Source: an uncultured virus (IMG/VR IMGVR_UViG_3300042453_001906) (Duplodnaviria; Heunggongvirae; Uroviricota; Caudoviricetes). Taken from it: DNA of 64,000 bases. Every line of letters begins with the position of its first letter. The first letter of the stretch is position 1. The notes under the pieces were generated by a model. That model had not been told where the DNA came from and did no database searches. It was given only the letters and a program-made list of their open reading frames with translations. Below, one piece after another: positions 8,267-21,911 of this stretch. Where the stretch lies: IMG/VR virus record IMGVR_UViG_3300042453_001906, one strand, 5' to 3'. Both the position numbers and the translations under genes were made by a program.

Positions 8267-10186
8267 TTATGTAGTCAGATCAACCACCTCACACTTGTCT
8301 CCGCTGCAAGCGTATGTCTGTGTGCCCTTGGTGGAGTCTTCCTTTTCAAACTTGATGAGTCCTGACCAGTCCACATTCTGTGGGATGGTCTTCAGTGCAG
8401 CCTCGTATTGCTCTGCGGTGCAGTCCTGATACGGGGCTTGCTGATAGGTGTGATCGGAGTGGGGCAGGAAAGAAATGCCGCTGATCTCGTCAAAGTGCGC
8501 GTACACCCACGCACCCACCTCCATCCACTCACCTTCCCGCACGGTAACAGTGATGCTTGGCTTGTGTTCACACCAGTGCCGCTGATAGGTAAGCCACAAC
8601 TCCAAGTGTTCAATTGCAGTCATGTCGTTGCGGGTAACGGAACCCACTGCCTTCATGGGGAACGAAAACACCATCGTGTGGTCGGGGCGCATGACACACG
8701 GCTCCGCAGGGAATCCCTGTTCGATCATAAACTGGCACAGGGGGTCTTTGCGGTCAGCGCGGACGGTGCGGATGTAGTATTCGCTGTGCCGTGCGTGAAT
8801 GCCGCTTGCGGAATCCGTCAACTGCGACACCGTGCCGCTTGGCTTTACACAAGTGATTGCTGCCGCAGGGTTGATGCCCATGCGCTTTGCCCACTCCTTG
8901 TTTGCGTCCACCGCTGTCTCACGGAGGCAAGACAGGAGAGAATCAAGTTCAGTGCCCTGTGTACGCATCATCTTGTTGTCAAGGATTCCCGTGAGCGAAA
9001 CTCCAAGCAGTGCTTCCTCCTCGCAGTTCTTGCGCCAATCACTGCTGAGGTACGGGAAGTGGGTAAGCGAGGCTTGCCAAGTGCCGAGAATGGCTGCTAG
9101 ACGAACCTTTCGCTTGAGAGTGTCAGCAGTATCATCGGGACGGACAATGACTTCAGAAAGGTTACAAAATTCCTTGTCACGAAGAATAATTTCCGAGCAA
9201 GGATTCGTGCCGAATTCATAAGTCGCATCACGGCGTTCTCCTAGTTTTGAAACGGTTTTCTGTGCGGCTTGGCGATTGAACACGCCACGCTCACCGCTCT
9301 TGCTCTTGTACAGAGACAGCCACTCCTCCATGAATGTGCCGATCTCGGGCTTCTCCTTGTACGCAACGGAATTGTTTGCTAACGCCCGTTGTGGGTTGTC
9401 CAACCACCATTGACCCACCTTAGCATCACGCATCCGTTCATCCGTGAGGTTGGAAAGCGAGATAAGAGCCGATCTACGGACACCCCCGACAACGACAATC
9501 TCTGCAACCTTACAGATAATGTCGTGGCATTCAATGGAAGTGAGTTTTCGTCCCGCAGCCTTCTTAAAAGTACTGACGGTAAATCGGAAGAGGTCTTCCA
9601 GTGGCTGTGGTCCACTTGCGCGTCCACCGAAAGTCTTGAGGCGCGAACCAGCAGGACGAATGTGAGACAAGTCCCATCGGGGGATTTGACCTCCAATAAG
9701 TAGGGATACCAGTTCTCGGAAGGATTTTGCCCATCCTTCTTTGGAGTCCTTGACAACGATGAGCGTATCGCTGTTGGTAAACTCTTCAGCAATTGTAGGA
9801 AGTTTCTCCACATACTGCCTCTCCACGCTGAAGCCCACTCCCGTTCCGCACATGAGAATGTAAAGAATCTCATCGAATGCGCGAACCTTGTTTACAGCAA
9901 TGTAGGAGCAGTTGTAGCCTGCGGTGTTATCCCGCTTCAGTGCTTCGCCTGCGGTCATCAGTGACCGCATGGACGGCATGACTTCAAGGTTCAGGACTGC
10001 ATCACGCAATTCCTCTCGTACTGTTTTATTTATCTTGATTCCCTTTTCTGCGAAATGCTCATCGAAGAAATTGAAATACCGATTCACGGTTTCTTCCCAA
10101 GACTCACGCCGCTTGTTGTCTTCAAGCCAGCGTGAGTAGCGCGAAAGGTGAATAAACTCTTGGTAGAGTGTGGGAAGTCGCTTCAT
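8267..10186 (-). CDS. nrdJ: Class II (adenosylcobalamin-dependent) ribonucleotide reductase, monomeric RTPR type
   Basis: GYNCS, GTGVGFS, VVVGGVRRSA, GTNPCSE, TCVKPSGT, C-terminal CSGDKC. Confidence 0.9.
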   Translation of the reverse strand: MKRLPTLYQEFIHLSRYSRWLEDNKRRESWEETVNRYFNFFDEHFAEKGIKINKTVREELRDAVLNLEVMPSMRSLMTAGEALKRDNTAGYNCSYIAVNKVRAFDEILYILMCGTGVGFSVERQYVEKLPTIAEEFTNSDTLIVVKDSKEGWAKSFRELVSLLIGGQIPRWDLSHIRPAGSRLKTFGGRASGPQPLEDLFRFTVSTFKKAAGRKLTSIECHDIICKVAEIVVVGGVRRSALISLSNLTDERMRDAKVGQWWLDNPQRALANNSVAYKEKPEIGTFMEEWLSLYKSKSGERGVFNRQAAQKTVSKLGERRDATYEFGTNPCSEIILRDKEFCNLSEVIVRPDDTADTLKRKVRLAAILGTWQASLTHFPYLSSDWRKNCEEEALLGVSLTGILDNKMMRTQGTELDSLLSCLRETAVDANKEWAKRMGINPAAAITCVKPSGTVSQLTDSASGIHARHSEYYIRTVRADRKDPLCQFMIEQGFPAEPCVMRPDHTMVFSFPMKAVGSVTRNDMTAIEHLELWLTYQRHWCEHKPSITVTVREGEWMEVGAWVYAHFDEISGISFLPHSDHTYQQAPYQDCTAEQYEAALKTIPQNVDWSGLIKFEKEDSTKGTQTYACSGDKCEVVDLTT

Positions 10187-10213
10187 GTTTTGTACTCCTT
10201 GGTTTAGGTAGAG

Positions 10214-10220
10214 TATGTAG
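10214..10220 (-). promoter_or_regulatory. Putative late promoter (CTACATA) upstream of nrdJ
   Basis: Motif match upstream of AAGGAG SD. Confidence 0.45.
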
Positions 10221-10290
10221 AGATGATGATATCGTGTAGACCTGTCAAACCGGGTCTAAAGTATTGTGTTTTGTATTTGAATGCGCGTGA

Positions 10291-11112
10291 TTACGAGGGT
10301 GTAATTCCTGCTTGCCGCAGTTTCACATTCACCAAGTTCACGATGCTTGGGTGATTTTTTGGGTGGCGTTCGCGGATGTCGTTTAGGTGTGCGTATTCTT
10401 TGGCACGACAATCCGCTTTGAACCAAATTGGATCGTAATCCCCACCGTTTATGAGACAGGATATTTGCACATTATAGTGCTTTGCACACTGATGTAAATA
10501 ATATTGTTCGCAGAAAATGGTTGGCAAGAAATAGCACTCTCCTGCTTGATTCATCGCGGCAAACCCTGCTTGGTTCTGTGGGTCGGTTGACAAATCCATT
10601 GCTTCTTGTGCATAGGTTTGAATGAACTGCAAATCTGTTCCGCCGAATATTCCCGTATTGTACGATGTGTCGCGGTCATCTTCCCTGACGCAAAGCCTCT
10701 TGTTTGGGCACTGCGAGTAGAATGTGTCAAGATCGTACCATCTTTTCGGCGGAAGAATCATTTCCATTGATTGAGTAAGCACACTTGCCGTGAGTTTCTG
10801 CTCAGGAAACGGCTGCTTTGCAAACACATCAAAATCAACATGCAGAAACGAATCGCCAAGTTGTGCTGCCTTCTTGTAGGTGTACAGTTTTCCCAATGCC
10901 CAATTCAGGTTGGGTGCAAGAGAATCAAGTTCCGTGGATACAGTAGTGTAAGGAATGTCTTTGAGAGAATCCTTGCCTACCGAGTCGGTGACAAGATGGA
11001 CTTCACCGTAGTTCATTTTCAAGTAGTGAAATGCTAGTTTGTGGCAATTGATCACGAATTCGTTGGGCTTTTGCAAGTAACCGTTAGACCAGTATGACAT
11101 GTAGAATTTCAT
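10291..11112 (-). CDS. GT-A-like protein (DUF6734-like), paralog 1
   Basis: WALGKL..Y, HVDFDVF (DxD), YNTGIFGG, EQYYL. Confidence 0.6.
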   Translation of the reverse strand: MKFYMSYWSNGYLQKPNEFVINCHKLAFHYLKMNYGEVHLVTDSVGKDSLKDIPYTTVSTELDSLAPNLNWALGKLYTYKKAAQLGDSFLHVDFDVFAKQPFPEQKLTASVLTQSMEMILPPKRWYDLDTFYSQCPNKRLCVREDDRDTSYNTGIFGGTDLQFIQTYAQEAMDLSTDPQNQAGFAAMNQAGECYFLPTIFCEQYYLHQCAKHYNVQISCLINGGDYDPIWFKADCRAKEYAHLNDIRERHPKNHPSIVNLVNVKLRQAGITPS

Positions 11113-11915
11113 TTAACAATCTCCTTCAGCGAGTTTTCGTATAGTTTTAGGTATATTGCGTCTTTGACTTGTGGATGGTTCTTGTGACATATGAGGTGAG
11201 TGTACCCAACCGAACAAGACTCTTTTTCTCTGTAAATTTCTTGTTCGCAGTTCAACAGGCACTTCACGGGGACTCCCCACTCCTCTGAACACACATACAG
11301 ATAATATTGTTCAGAAATACAGGCAACGGATTGGGGCTGATACTTGTTCATCAGTTCATAGCACGGTTGGTTTTCTGTGTCCATAGTGAAGCATATTCCT
11401 GCTTCTGCATACCGCTTTATGAAGTCTAGATTGTTGCCCCCGAATATCCCCACATTGTATGAAGATTGGTAGTGTCTGCGTTCTGTGTCTTTGACCATGT
11501 GCCTGTTTACATGATTGTCTTCAAACATTTTGAATGCGTACAAATCGTACACCTTGCGTTCAACGGACTGGCAGAACACTTGCTCTTGCAGCAATTCTGT
11601 GGGAAGTGGTTTCCACAGAAACACATCGTAGTCCACATGACAGAAAGGGACTCCCCGTTCACACAGAATTTTATATGCGTGAAGTTTTCCCAGTGCCCAG
11701 TTGGTCGAAACCGTTCCGTCAAGAACATCAAGTTCTGTTTGGATTGATGTGAATCCTACATCTTCAAAGTATGGCTTGCTGCGACTGTCCGTCAGCAGAT
11801 GACACTCTCCGTAATGTTTTTTGATAAGATGAACCGAAAGACGGTGAATGTCAACAAGATACTCGTCAATAGATTTGTAGTAACCGCCCGACCAATACGA
11901 CATATAGAATTTCAT
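11109..11915 (-). CDS. GT-A-like protein (DUF6734-like), paralog 2
   Basis: Same motifs; identical N-terminus MKFYMSYWS; ATGA overlap with paralog 1. Confidence 0.6.
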   Translation of the reverse strand: MKFYMSYWSGGYYKSIDEYLVDIHRLSVHLIKKHYGECHLLTDSRSKPYFEDVGFTSIQTELDVLDGTVSTNWALGKLHAYKILCERGVPFCHVDYDVFLWKPLPTELLQEQVFCQSVERKVYDLYAFKMFEDNHVNRHMVKDTERRHYQSSYNVGIFGGNNLDFIKRYAEAGICFTMDTENQPCYELMNKYQPQSVACISEQYYLYVCSEEWGVPVKCLLNCEQEIYREKESCSVGYTHLICHKNHPQVKDAIYLKLYENSLKEIVK

Positions 11916-11932
11916 AATGAATGGCTTTCAAT

Positions 11933-12133
11933 TCAAAGTATCAGGTCATTGAAGTCAGAAGCAAAAAACCTTGGGCTGTTCTGAGGATCGTATGAGTATC
12001 CCATGTTACACTCTTCTCCGGTGTTTAACAGCACAGGAGTCCACACCGACCAGTCCAGTATAGGGGTAGAACCATCCCAAATGATGATGTTTTCCACTAC
12101 ATTGGTTTCGGTTTTTACTATGGCATATTTCAT
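11933..12133 (-). CDS. Small tail-fibre-associated protein
   Basis: YAIV..NVVENIIIWDG..GYSYD pattern typical of genes following Gly-rich fibre genes. Confidence 0.5.
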   Translation of the reverse strand: MKYAIVKTETNVVENIIIWDGSTPILDWSVWTPVLLNTGEECNMGYSYDPQNSPRFFASDFNDLIL

Positions 12134-12137
12134 TGGA

Positions 12138-13193
12138 TTACCCTATTGCCACGATTTTAACATAACCGTTCCCACCAGCCCCACCGTTGCCAGCGGTCAC
12201 TCCGGGGCAACTACCACCGCCCCCTCCTCCACCACCGCCACGGTATCCGTTTCCTCCGTTTGTTGCGCGTCTTCCTGCACCTGTCGCTCCCGCCCCACCG
12301 CCTGCTCCACCGAATCCAGAACTAAACATGAGGTTGGGGGCAATCATCTGATACGAGTTTGGTGCGTCCGCTTGTCCGTTTCCACACACCCCTTGATATA
12401 TCGTGGTTCCGGGCGCGTAGTTGCCAAACAGCATGAAAGAAGTAGAAAATGCCGCACCTCCATGCACCGTATTTACTGAGTTTGGTTGGTAGATGGCTAC
12501 AGAACCTCCGCCGTTTGCTACCGTGGCACTGTTTAGACTGCCACCACCAGCACCACCACACTCATATGGGCTGAAAACAAAAATGTTCCCTCCGGTGCTT
12601 CCTCCTCTTGCACCTGCACCGACTCCACCTCCAACCTTGTTCAACGAAGTAACATCTATCAAAGTTGGAGTACCTGTAAGTGAAACATCCATTGGTTTAA
12701 CTGGCTGACCAAACAACAGGCTCACTCCCGTGCTTGATCCTGAATTGGGATTGGAAGATACACCTGTTCCCACACCACCGTTGCCAAACAGGTTTCCACC
12801 CGCACTTATGAAATAAGAGGCTTGACCGGGAATCCATATCTGCGTTGCTCCACCCGATGTGGCAGCGGCAGGAGATGCACCGTTGGTGGTTCCTGCTATC
12901 CCGCCGTTGCCTCCTGCGCCGATCACTATTTGCAGTGTGCTTATCCCCTTGAAAGCACTCACGGGTAGTTCGGTGAGAACATATGTTCCTGCTGCTCCAC
13001 CATTTCCTCCCGGTGAACCACTGGCTGCATCCCGCCGTGTTCCACCAGCACCACCACCGCCACCTCCCACTGCAAAAATAAACAACCGTTTTGCGTTTTG
13101 TGGTATGGAGTATGTTCCGCTCGTATCAAACTCACGAGCGTTGATTATGTTAGAGTCCGTTGGGGACGGAAATCCATAAAATCCGTTGTTCAT
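12138..13193 (-). CDS. Glycine-rich virion/tail protein
   Basis: FDTSGTYSIP, VGGGGGG and GGAGGNGYV glycine-rich domain motifs. Confidence 0.7.
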   Translation of the reverse strand: MNNGFYGFPSPTDSNIINAREFDTSGTYSIPQNAKRLFIFAVGGGGGGAGGTRRDAASGSPGGNGGAAGTYVLTELPVSAFKGISTLQIVIGAGGNGGIAGTTNGASPAAATSGGATQIWIPGQASYFISAGGNLFGNGGVGTGVSSNPNSGSSTGVSLLFGQPVKPMDVSLTGTPTLIDVTSLNKVGGGVGAGARGGSTGGNIFVFSPYECGGAGGGSLNSATVANGGGSVAIYQPNSVNTVHGGAAFSTSFMLFGNYAPGTTIYQGVCGNGQADAPNSYQMIAPNLMFSSGFGGAGGGAGATGAGRRATNGGNGYRGGGGGGGGGSCPGVTAGNGGAGGNGYVKIVAIG

Positions 13194-13603
13194 AGTGTTC
13201 CAGATTCAACGAGAATATTGAAAGTTTCTCCCTTTTCGGTTGAGGCATACAGTTTATGGACTCCACCGCCCGGAAGAACGAGTCCAACCAGTTCTGCCAC
13301 TTCTGCACGAAATGCAGAAACGGTGGTGCTTGGTGTGATTGCTGGCACAAGCAATTCGTCAATCAGCCTCTTATTGGTTCCGCTGTCCGGCGAATAAAAA
13401 AACCGGATTACTCCTGCGGTGGTGTTTCCCGTGGCACACACCGTCACACGAAGTATGCGCTTGCCTACACCGTTTCCTGCCGTGGTTGATGGACCAGAAC
13501 ATATTTCAACGGTTGTTCCCGTGCCGTCACGCGCAGTGTTGATGGTGCTAACCTGTGAAACTTCAAGTGTTGGTGCTGCTGTAAATTGTGCTGATGTTGC
13601 CAT
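13190..13603 (-). CDS. Hypothetical virion protein
   Basis: 137-aa Thr-rich beta-type ORF; ATGA overlap with next gene; late motif 4 nt upstream. Confidence 0.55.
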   Translation of the reverse strand: MATSAQFTAAPTLEVSQVSTINTARDGTGTTVEICSGPSTTAGNGVGKRILRVTVCATGNTTAGVIRFFYSPDSGTNKRLIDELLVPAITPSTTVSAFRAEVAELVGLVLPGGGVHKLYASTEKGETFNILVESGTL

Positions 13604-13607
13604 ACCT

Positions 13608-13614
13608 TATGTAT
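13608..13614 (-). promoter_or_regulatory. Putative late promoter (ATACATA), 4 nt before ATG
   Basis: Motif match. Confidence 0.5.
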
Positions 13615-13623
13615 CCTCTCTTT

Positions 13624-16600
13624 TCATACGATACCCATGTTAAATAGTGCCAAGTTGGTTGTTGACGAATACACAGAATCTGCCTCAATTTTTGCTGCTT
13701 GCACATTATTTGCAAATGTGACTCCTCCTGCCGCGCTTATTCCCGCATACACTGTCATCATGCCAGAGAACGAAGAAGTGCTTGACGCAAAGAAATCGGT
13801 GTATACGCTTGTTGAGGTATCAAAACATTCAATTGCTTGTGTGCCGTTTGCCCACAGACGAATGGCACTTTCGTCATTGTTTACCTCTATCTCTGTGCCT
13901 CCGGCAGCACCAAGATACAGCGTTTCTGAAGTTCCTGCTTGAATTCTTCCCGTGCCACGGATATTGATGTTTGAAAATGTTGCACCAGCGGCAGAAACAC
14001 CGCCCATAGCGTTCACAAGACCGTATATGTACGCAGCGGTCTGCGTGGCTGCTCCAATCACGGCAGTGTTGGAACCGAATCCGACTGCCTGTGTGCCTAT
14101 CACGATTTCATTGGTTGATAAATCGGTTCCGATATTAGAGTACCCGATGTAGATTCCACCAGTTGCTGTTACAACATCGGTTCCAGTTAGTCTTCCGATT
14201 GCAGTGTTGAAGGAACCCGCTGATAGAGCGGACAGTGCGCCATTTCCTGCTGCGGTGTTGCTACTGCCGTTGTTTACAAGAAGTGCGCGTCTACCAAATG
14301 CGGTGTTAAAACTTCCTGTTGTGTTTGCATTCAAAGCACCGTCACCCACGGCAACATTTGAACTACCCGTGGTGTTTGCATTAAGTGCGTTGTTTCCTAT
14401 TGCCGTACTTATAGACCCAGTTGAATTTGAGGCAAGCGCATTAACACCAACGGCTGTATTGGTGGAAACTCCACCACCCCCTCTTCCAACCGTAAGGCTG
14501 TTAACGGTTATGTCTGCTGCGGAGGTAATGGTATCACTGGTGGCATTTCCGAGGCTTACATTGCCATTGGCAACAATGTTTCCGTCCACAGTCAGGGTTG
14601 CACCCGCAGGAATCCGAGTGTTTGCGGACAGGGTGGCTCCTGCTGCGCTGATTCCTGAATTGAATGACTGCAACACCGTGAAGGTGTTTGCCACCGATGT
14701 GGTGACACCACCGACAGCACCTGTTACACCATTGAAACTGGTGACATAATTCACGAAAGAAACTGCGCCAGTTTGTCCGTTCCAAGACGACACGCCTTGG
14801 ACAGCACCTGTCAACCCGTTGAACGACTGTACGCCAACATTGGTTATGGTGACCGACCCCGTTGCAGCATTCAGGAAGATGCCTGTCCCGGCAACAGCGG
14901 CAGACACGCCTTGGACAGCACCTGTCAACCCGTTGAACGATGTGACCGCAGTGGTTGCTGCCGTGGAACCATTCACGGTTCCAATCACCTGATTGGTGAG
15001 TGCCACCGTTCCAGACAAGTTGGGGAATTTGATTTCCCGGTTTGCCGTGGGTGTGTCCATGCTGACATCAAGATAAAACGCTCCTGCCTTTGTTTCATCA
15101 CTCCACAGGCGCAGTCTTGGATTGTATGTTGTTTTATCGCCGTCCCAATACGAAAAATAAGAGTATATGCCACCAGAAAACAGAGTTTCCGATGATGAAA
15201 TGGGGAGAGTTATGCTTGAGACTGTTCCAGTCAGTGGAGTATTTGGTGTTGGAGCAAGAACTAGGTTGTGTCGTGGTCGGAGTTCAAGCGTTATGCCAGT
15301 ATTTGTCCTGATGTACGCGGAATTTCCTGTGCTTGGCCCAACAGTGATAGTGTTTGGACGCAGAGACAGAGTTCCAGAATTTCCTCCGCTGTTGTTTCCA
15401 ATGGTGATTCCCGTGCTTGTGTCGAACAGTAAAATTCCTGTTGAAGTTGATGCTGCTCGGATTATGCCGTTACCGCTGATGATGTTGCCGTTCAAGGTTG
15501 CACCAGCAGCACTTATACCACCGGGAAAGTTTGTAAGAGTATTGAAGGTGTTTGTGCCAGTAAATGTTTGCGTTCCCGCAAGTCCTGCAAGAGTTGTGCT
15601 ATAATTTGGAAGAGATACGGTTATTGTGCTTGCTGATGCAATAGTTGGTTGAAGGTATACTTCTCCACTAGAAATGTCATTATAAAAGTACAACCTGTTG
15701 AATTCTCCCTGAAATGATACTTCGTTTAAGGAAGACGAATCCACAATCGACAAAACAGCATTTGATGTACTTATTGTTTGACTTGCACTGAAAATGTTAT
15801 CCACATTAGTTCTAGCAACATTCGTAATGGCACCAGTACCACCGTTAATGCTCAATACACCAGTGTTGTTGAAGGTCATGGTTTGACCAGAAACACTCAA
15901 ACCGATTCCGCTTCCGTTGGTGATTCCAACAGCACCAGTCAGTCCACGAACACTGTTTACGCCCGTAACAGCACCAGTCAAGCCATTGAAACTGGTAACA
16001 TAATCAGTAAATGTAACAGCACCCGTCTGTCCGTTCCAAGACGAGACACCCTGTACATTTCCTGTGTTGCCGTTGAACGACAGCACACCTGTGTTGGTGA
16101 TGGTGACTGATCCAGTTGCAGCATTCAAGAAGATTCCTGTCCCTGCTGCGGCAGCGGACACACCCTGTACTGCTCCGGTGCGTCCATTGAATCCTGACAC
16201 ATAATCAACAAAGGTAACAGCACCAGTCTGCCCGTTCCAAGACGACACGCCTTGGACAGCACCCGTCAACCCGTTGAATGACTGAACGCCAACATTGGTA
16301 ATGGTGACTGATCCGGTAGCACCACTGACGAAAATTCCTGTTCCGGCAACCGCTGCACTGACACCCTGCAACGAACCAGTCAGCCCGTTAAAAGAACCAA
16401 CATAGTCGGTTGGAATGTCATAATACTGTGTTCCGTTGTTGGTAAATGTCCATCGGTCGCTGCTCTCGTTCCACAGCAAATATACATTGGGTGATGTACC
16501 GCGTTCAATCTCAATACCAGAGTTCTCCGTGGGAGTGCCCGTGACATTGGAGTTTAGTGTGATGATATTGTCTTCAATCAACACATTTTCACTGATGGTG

Positions 16601-17697
16601 AAGGTTACCCCACCACTTACGGTTAGGTTACCACTTACGGACATATTGCCGCTTACCGTCAAACCAGCACCCACCGTCAGACCAGTGGTGACAAGACCAC
16701 CATTAAAAGTATTGAGTTCTGTGAATGTGTTTGCACCGAGGGACGCACCAAACACTGATCCTGTTTTTCCATTAAAACTACTGACATAATTCACGAACGA
16801 AACTGCGCCAGTTTGTCCGTTCCAAGACGATACGCCTTGAACCGCGCCAGTGAATCCGTTGAATGACTGTACGCCAACATTGGTAATGGTGACTGATCCG
16901 GTAGCACCACTGACGAAAATTCCTGTGCCTGCCACAGCAGCGGACACACCTTGCACCGCACCCGTTCGTCCGTTGAATGATGTTACGGTGTCTGCAACAA
17001 TCTCGTTTTGCACAAACGCAGTAGTTGCCACTTGAGTATTGTTGGTTCCGGTAGCGGGTGTCGGTGCGGTGACTGTACCACTAAGCGTTGCACCCGCTGC
17101 GGAAATACCGGAATTGAATGACTGCAACACCGTGAAGGTGTTTGCCACCGATGTGGTTACGCCTCCCACAGCACCTGTTACACCATTGAAACTGGTGACA
17201 TAATCCACAAACGAAACAGCACCTGTCTGCCCGTTCCAAGACGATACGCCTTGCACATTTCCTGTGTTGCCGTTGAAAGACTGTACGCCAATATTTGTAA
17301 TTGTTATAGCACCAGTGGCAGCATTCAGGAAGATGCCTGCTCCTGCTGCGGCAGACGAAACTCCCTGTACTGCCCCGGTGCGCCCGTTGAAAGTGGAAAC
17401 ATAATCACCACCAATTCCACTGCCGCCCACAAATCCAAATGTAAATCCTGTAGTCCATCCGCTGTTTGCAGTCGTGCCAATCAAGGCATAATAAGCGGTG
17501 AGTCCGCTCACATAGACAATCATGCCCACTTGCCGCCGCTCGGCATAGATGGCTTCCATCTCTGCTGTTGTTCCGACAGTTCGCAATCCACCAAGACCAA
17601 ACTGAGGATCCGTCAATGCAAATGTCTGCTCGTATGTGTCGGGTCCAACGGTTCCCGTGAGTTTCACATATGAAGATGGAAGTGGTCCTGATGGCAT
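13624..17697 (-). CDS. Long repeat-rich tail fibre/adhesin, 1357 aa
   Basis: V(S/T)SFNGxTGAV repeats; IEDNIITLNS..GIEIERG domain; NTAxG..AL..NTTG beta-roll repeats near the C-terminus. Confidence 0.8.
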   Translation of the reverse strand: MPSGPLPSSYVKLTGTVGPDTYEQTFALTDPQFGLGGLRTVGTTAEMEAIYAERRQVGMIVYVSGLTAYYALIGTTANSGWTTGFTFGFVGGSGIGGDYVSTFNGRTGAVQGVSSAAAGAGIFLNAATGAITITNIGVQSFNGNTGNVQGVSSWNGQTGAVSFVDYVTSFNGVTGAVGGVTTSVANTFTVLQSFNSGISAAGATLSGTVTAPTPATGTNNTQVATTAFVQNEIVADTVTSFNGRTGAVQGVSAAVAGTGIFVSGATGSVTITNVGVQSFNGFTGAVQGVSSWNGQTGAVSFVNYVSSFNGKTGSVFGASLGANTFTELNTFNGGLVTTGLTVGAGLTVSGNMSVSGNLTVSGGVTFTISENVLIEDNIITLNSNVTGTPTENSGIEIERGTSPNVYLLWNESSDRWTFTNNGTQYYDIPTDYVGSFNGLTGSLQGVSAAVAGTGIFVSGATGSVTITNVGVQSFNGLTGAVQGVSSWNGQTGAVTFVDYVSGFNGRTGAVQGVSAAAAGTGIFLNAATGSVTITNTGVLSFNGNTGNVQGVSSWNGQTGAVTFTDYVTSFNGLTGAVTGVNSVRGLTGAVGITNGSGIGLSVSGQTMTFNNTGVLSINGGTGAITNVARTNVDNIFSASQTISTSNAVLSIVDSSSLNEVSFQGEFNRLYFYNDISSGEVYLQPTIASASTITVSLPNYSTTLAGLAGTQTFTGTNTFNTLTNFPGGISAAGATLNGNIISGNGIIRAASTSTGILLFDTSTGITIGNNSGGNSGTLSLRPNTITVGPSTGNSAYIRTNTGITLELRPRHNLVLAPTPNTPLTGTVSSITLPISSSETLFSGGIYSYFSYWDGDKTTYNPRLRLWSDETKAGAFYLDVSMDTPTANREIKFPNLSGTVALTNQVIGTVNGSTAATTAVTSFNGLTGAVQGVSAAVAGTGIFLNAATGSVTITNVGVQSFNGLTGAVQGVSSWNGQTGAVSFVNYVTSFNGVTGAVGGVTTSVANTFTVLQSFNSGISAAGATLSANTRIPAGATLTVDGNIVANGNVSLGNATSDTITSAADITVNSLTVGRGGGGVSTNTAVGVNALASNSTGSISTAIGNNALNANTTGSSNVAVGDGALNANTTGSFNTAFGRRALLVNNGSSNTAAGNGALSALSAGSFNTAIGRLTGTDVVTATGGIYIGYSNIGTDLSTNEIVIGTQAVGFGSNTAVIGAATQTAAYIYGLVNAMGGVSAAGATFSNINIRGTGRIQAGTSETLYLGAAGGTEIEVNNDESAIRLWANGTQAIECFDTSTSVYTDFFASSTSSFSGMMTVYAGISAAGGVTFANNVQAAKIEADSVYSSTTNLALFNMGIV
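14640..17400. repeat. Five dispersed ~190-nt module copies within the fibre gene, plus a near-identical duplicated block at ~14655-14750 and ~17111-17203
   Basis: QGVSxAxAGxGIF..ATG.xTITN.GV.SFNG.TG.VQGVSSWNGQTGAV occurs five times; gaattgaatgactgcaacaccgtgaaggtgtttgccaccgatgtggt occurs twice. Confidence 0.85.
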
Positions 17698-17711
17698 CTA
17701 TTCATTATCCT

Positions 17712-20939
<3,228 letters not shown>

Positions 20940-20943
20940 CTTT

Positions 20944-21633
20944 TTATGTAGGGTTCACGGTCAGTGCCTTCCATGAGTGTGGAAACAGTGGAGCGATGAT
21001 TTCAGAAATTGCTTGAGCGTATTGTTGTACTTCCCATTGCGCGTGAGCGTCAATCCGCTGCGAGTACACACGGGCATACGCAGACAGAGAGCCTGTCCAC
21101 CACCATTCCGTGAATGTGCCTTGGGGCAGAACCGACCGGGCTTGTTCGGGCGCGACCCCACGCGCTATGAGTTGGTGGTATGCGTGTTCCGCTTGGTGAA
21201 TCACGGCAGTGTACATGATGTCCAATTCGTGTTCAGCATCGCCACGAATGAAATCGCTGCTGCCTTGCTTGGCTCCGTCCGTTGGTGCTGCTCTCCACAC
21301 AGGAGTGTAGAATTGCGGAGGATCGGTGACATAGCGGCGACTCACCTCATTCTCCGTGAATCCCACCTTGTGCTTGAACAGTTGGGTACGGACAAAGATC
21401 GGGGCTTTGATCCGCAGAGTGATCTGTGGATGGGCAAACGGAGTCCAGTGCTTGTGCTTCGCAAGATACGCGATGAGTTTTTCGTCCCGCCCGGTAAACT
21501 CTTCGCTTTCCTTGTTGAAGGATACACGGGCAGCGTTCACCACGGTAAGATCGTCGCCCATGTGGGACACATACTCCACATGTCCGCAATCAAGAACAGG
21601 AATGTATCGCTTTTCGGTGTTCACAGTTTCCAT
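20944..21633 (-). CDS. thyX: Flavin-dependent thymidylate synthase
   Basis: [34 protein letters not shown]. Confidence 0.95.
   Translation of the reverse strand: METVNTEKRYIPVLDCGHVEYVSHMGDDLTVVNAARVSFNKESEEFTGRDEKLIAYLAKHKHWTPFAHPQITLRIKAPIFVRTQLFKHKVGFTENEVSRRYVTDPPQFYTPVWRAAPTDGAKQGSSDFIRGDAEHELDIMYTAVIHQAEHAYHQLIARGVAPEQARSVLPQGTFTEWWWTGSLSAYARVYSQRIDAHAQWEVQQYAQAISEIIAPLFPHSWKALTVNPT
20945..20951 (-). promoter_or_regulatory. Putative late promoter (CTACATA) overlapping the thyX stop, 5 nt before the collagen ATG
   Basis: Motif match. Confidence 0.5.
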
Positions 21634-21648
21634 GATATATTTCTCCGC

Positions 21649-21909
21649 TCACTCTTCGTCTAGTTCTTCAAAATCCTCGTCTGATCGTTCCTCTATGATC
21701 TGATCAGTGATGTCGTTTTCGCCGTCTTCTGATTCATCATCGTCTTCCACTTCCTGAAGGACAAAATCCTCAAGATGAACTCCTGTCAAGTCTTCTGCAT
21801 ACTCTGCCGCTCTCTTGAACAGCGAGGGGTCAGTCGTTTTGACATACTCCATGATTGCGAAAGCATAACTGACGATGGGGTGCTTGATGCTGAATTGGTC
21901 TTCGCTCAT
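21649..21909 (-). CDS. Small acidic hypothetical protein
   Basis: AAGGA SD before ATG 21909; D/E-rich tail. Confidence 0.6.
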   Translation of the reverse strand: MSEDQFSIKHPIVSYAFAIMEYVKTTDPSLFKRAAEYAEDLTGVHLEDFVLQEVEDDDESEDGENDITDQIIEERSDEDFEELDEE

Positions 21910-21911
21910 GC

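Noticed and set aside
8268..8274. CTACATA late motif overlapping the nrdJ stop codon
   Set aside because: It points straight into a terminator, and the next gene has its own motif at 8164
10187..10290. Possible tRNA, ncRNA or cobalamin riboswitch upstream of nrdJ
   Set aside because: The gap is only ~100 nt and no cloverleaf or B12-box was recognised; an Infernal/Rfam scan would settle it
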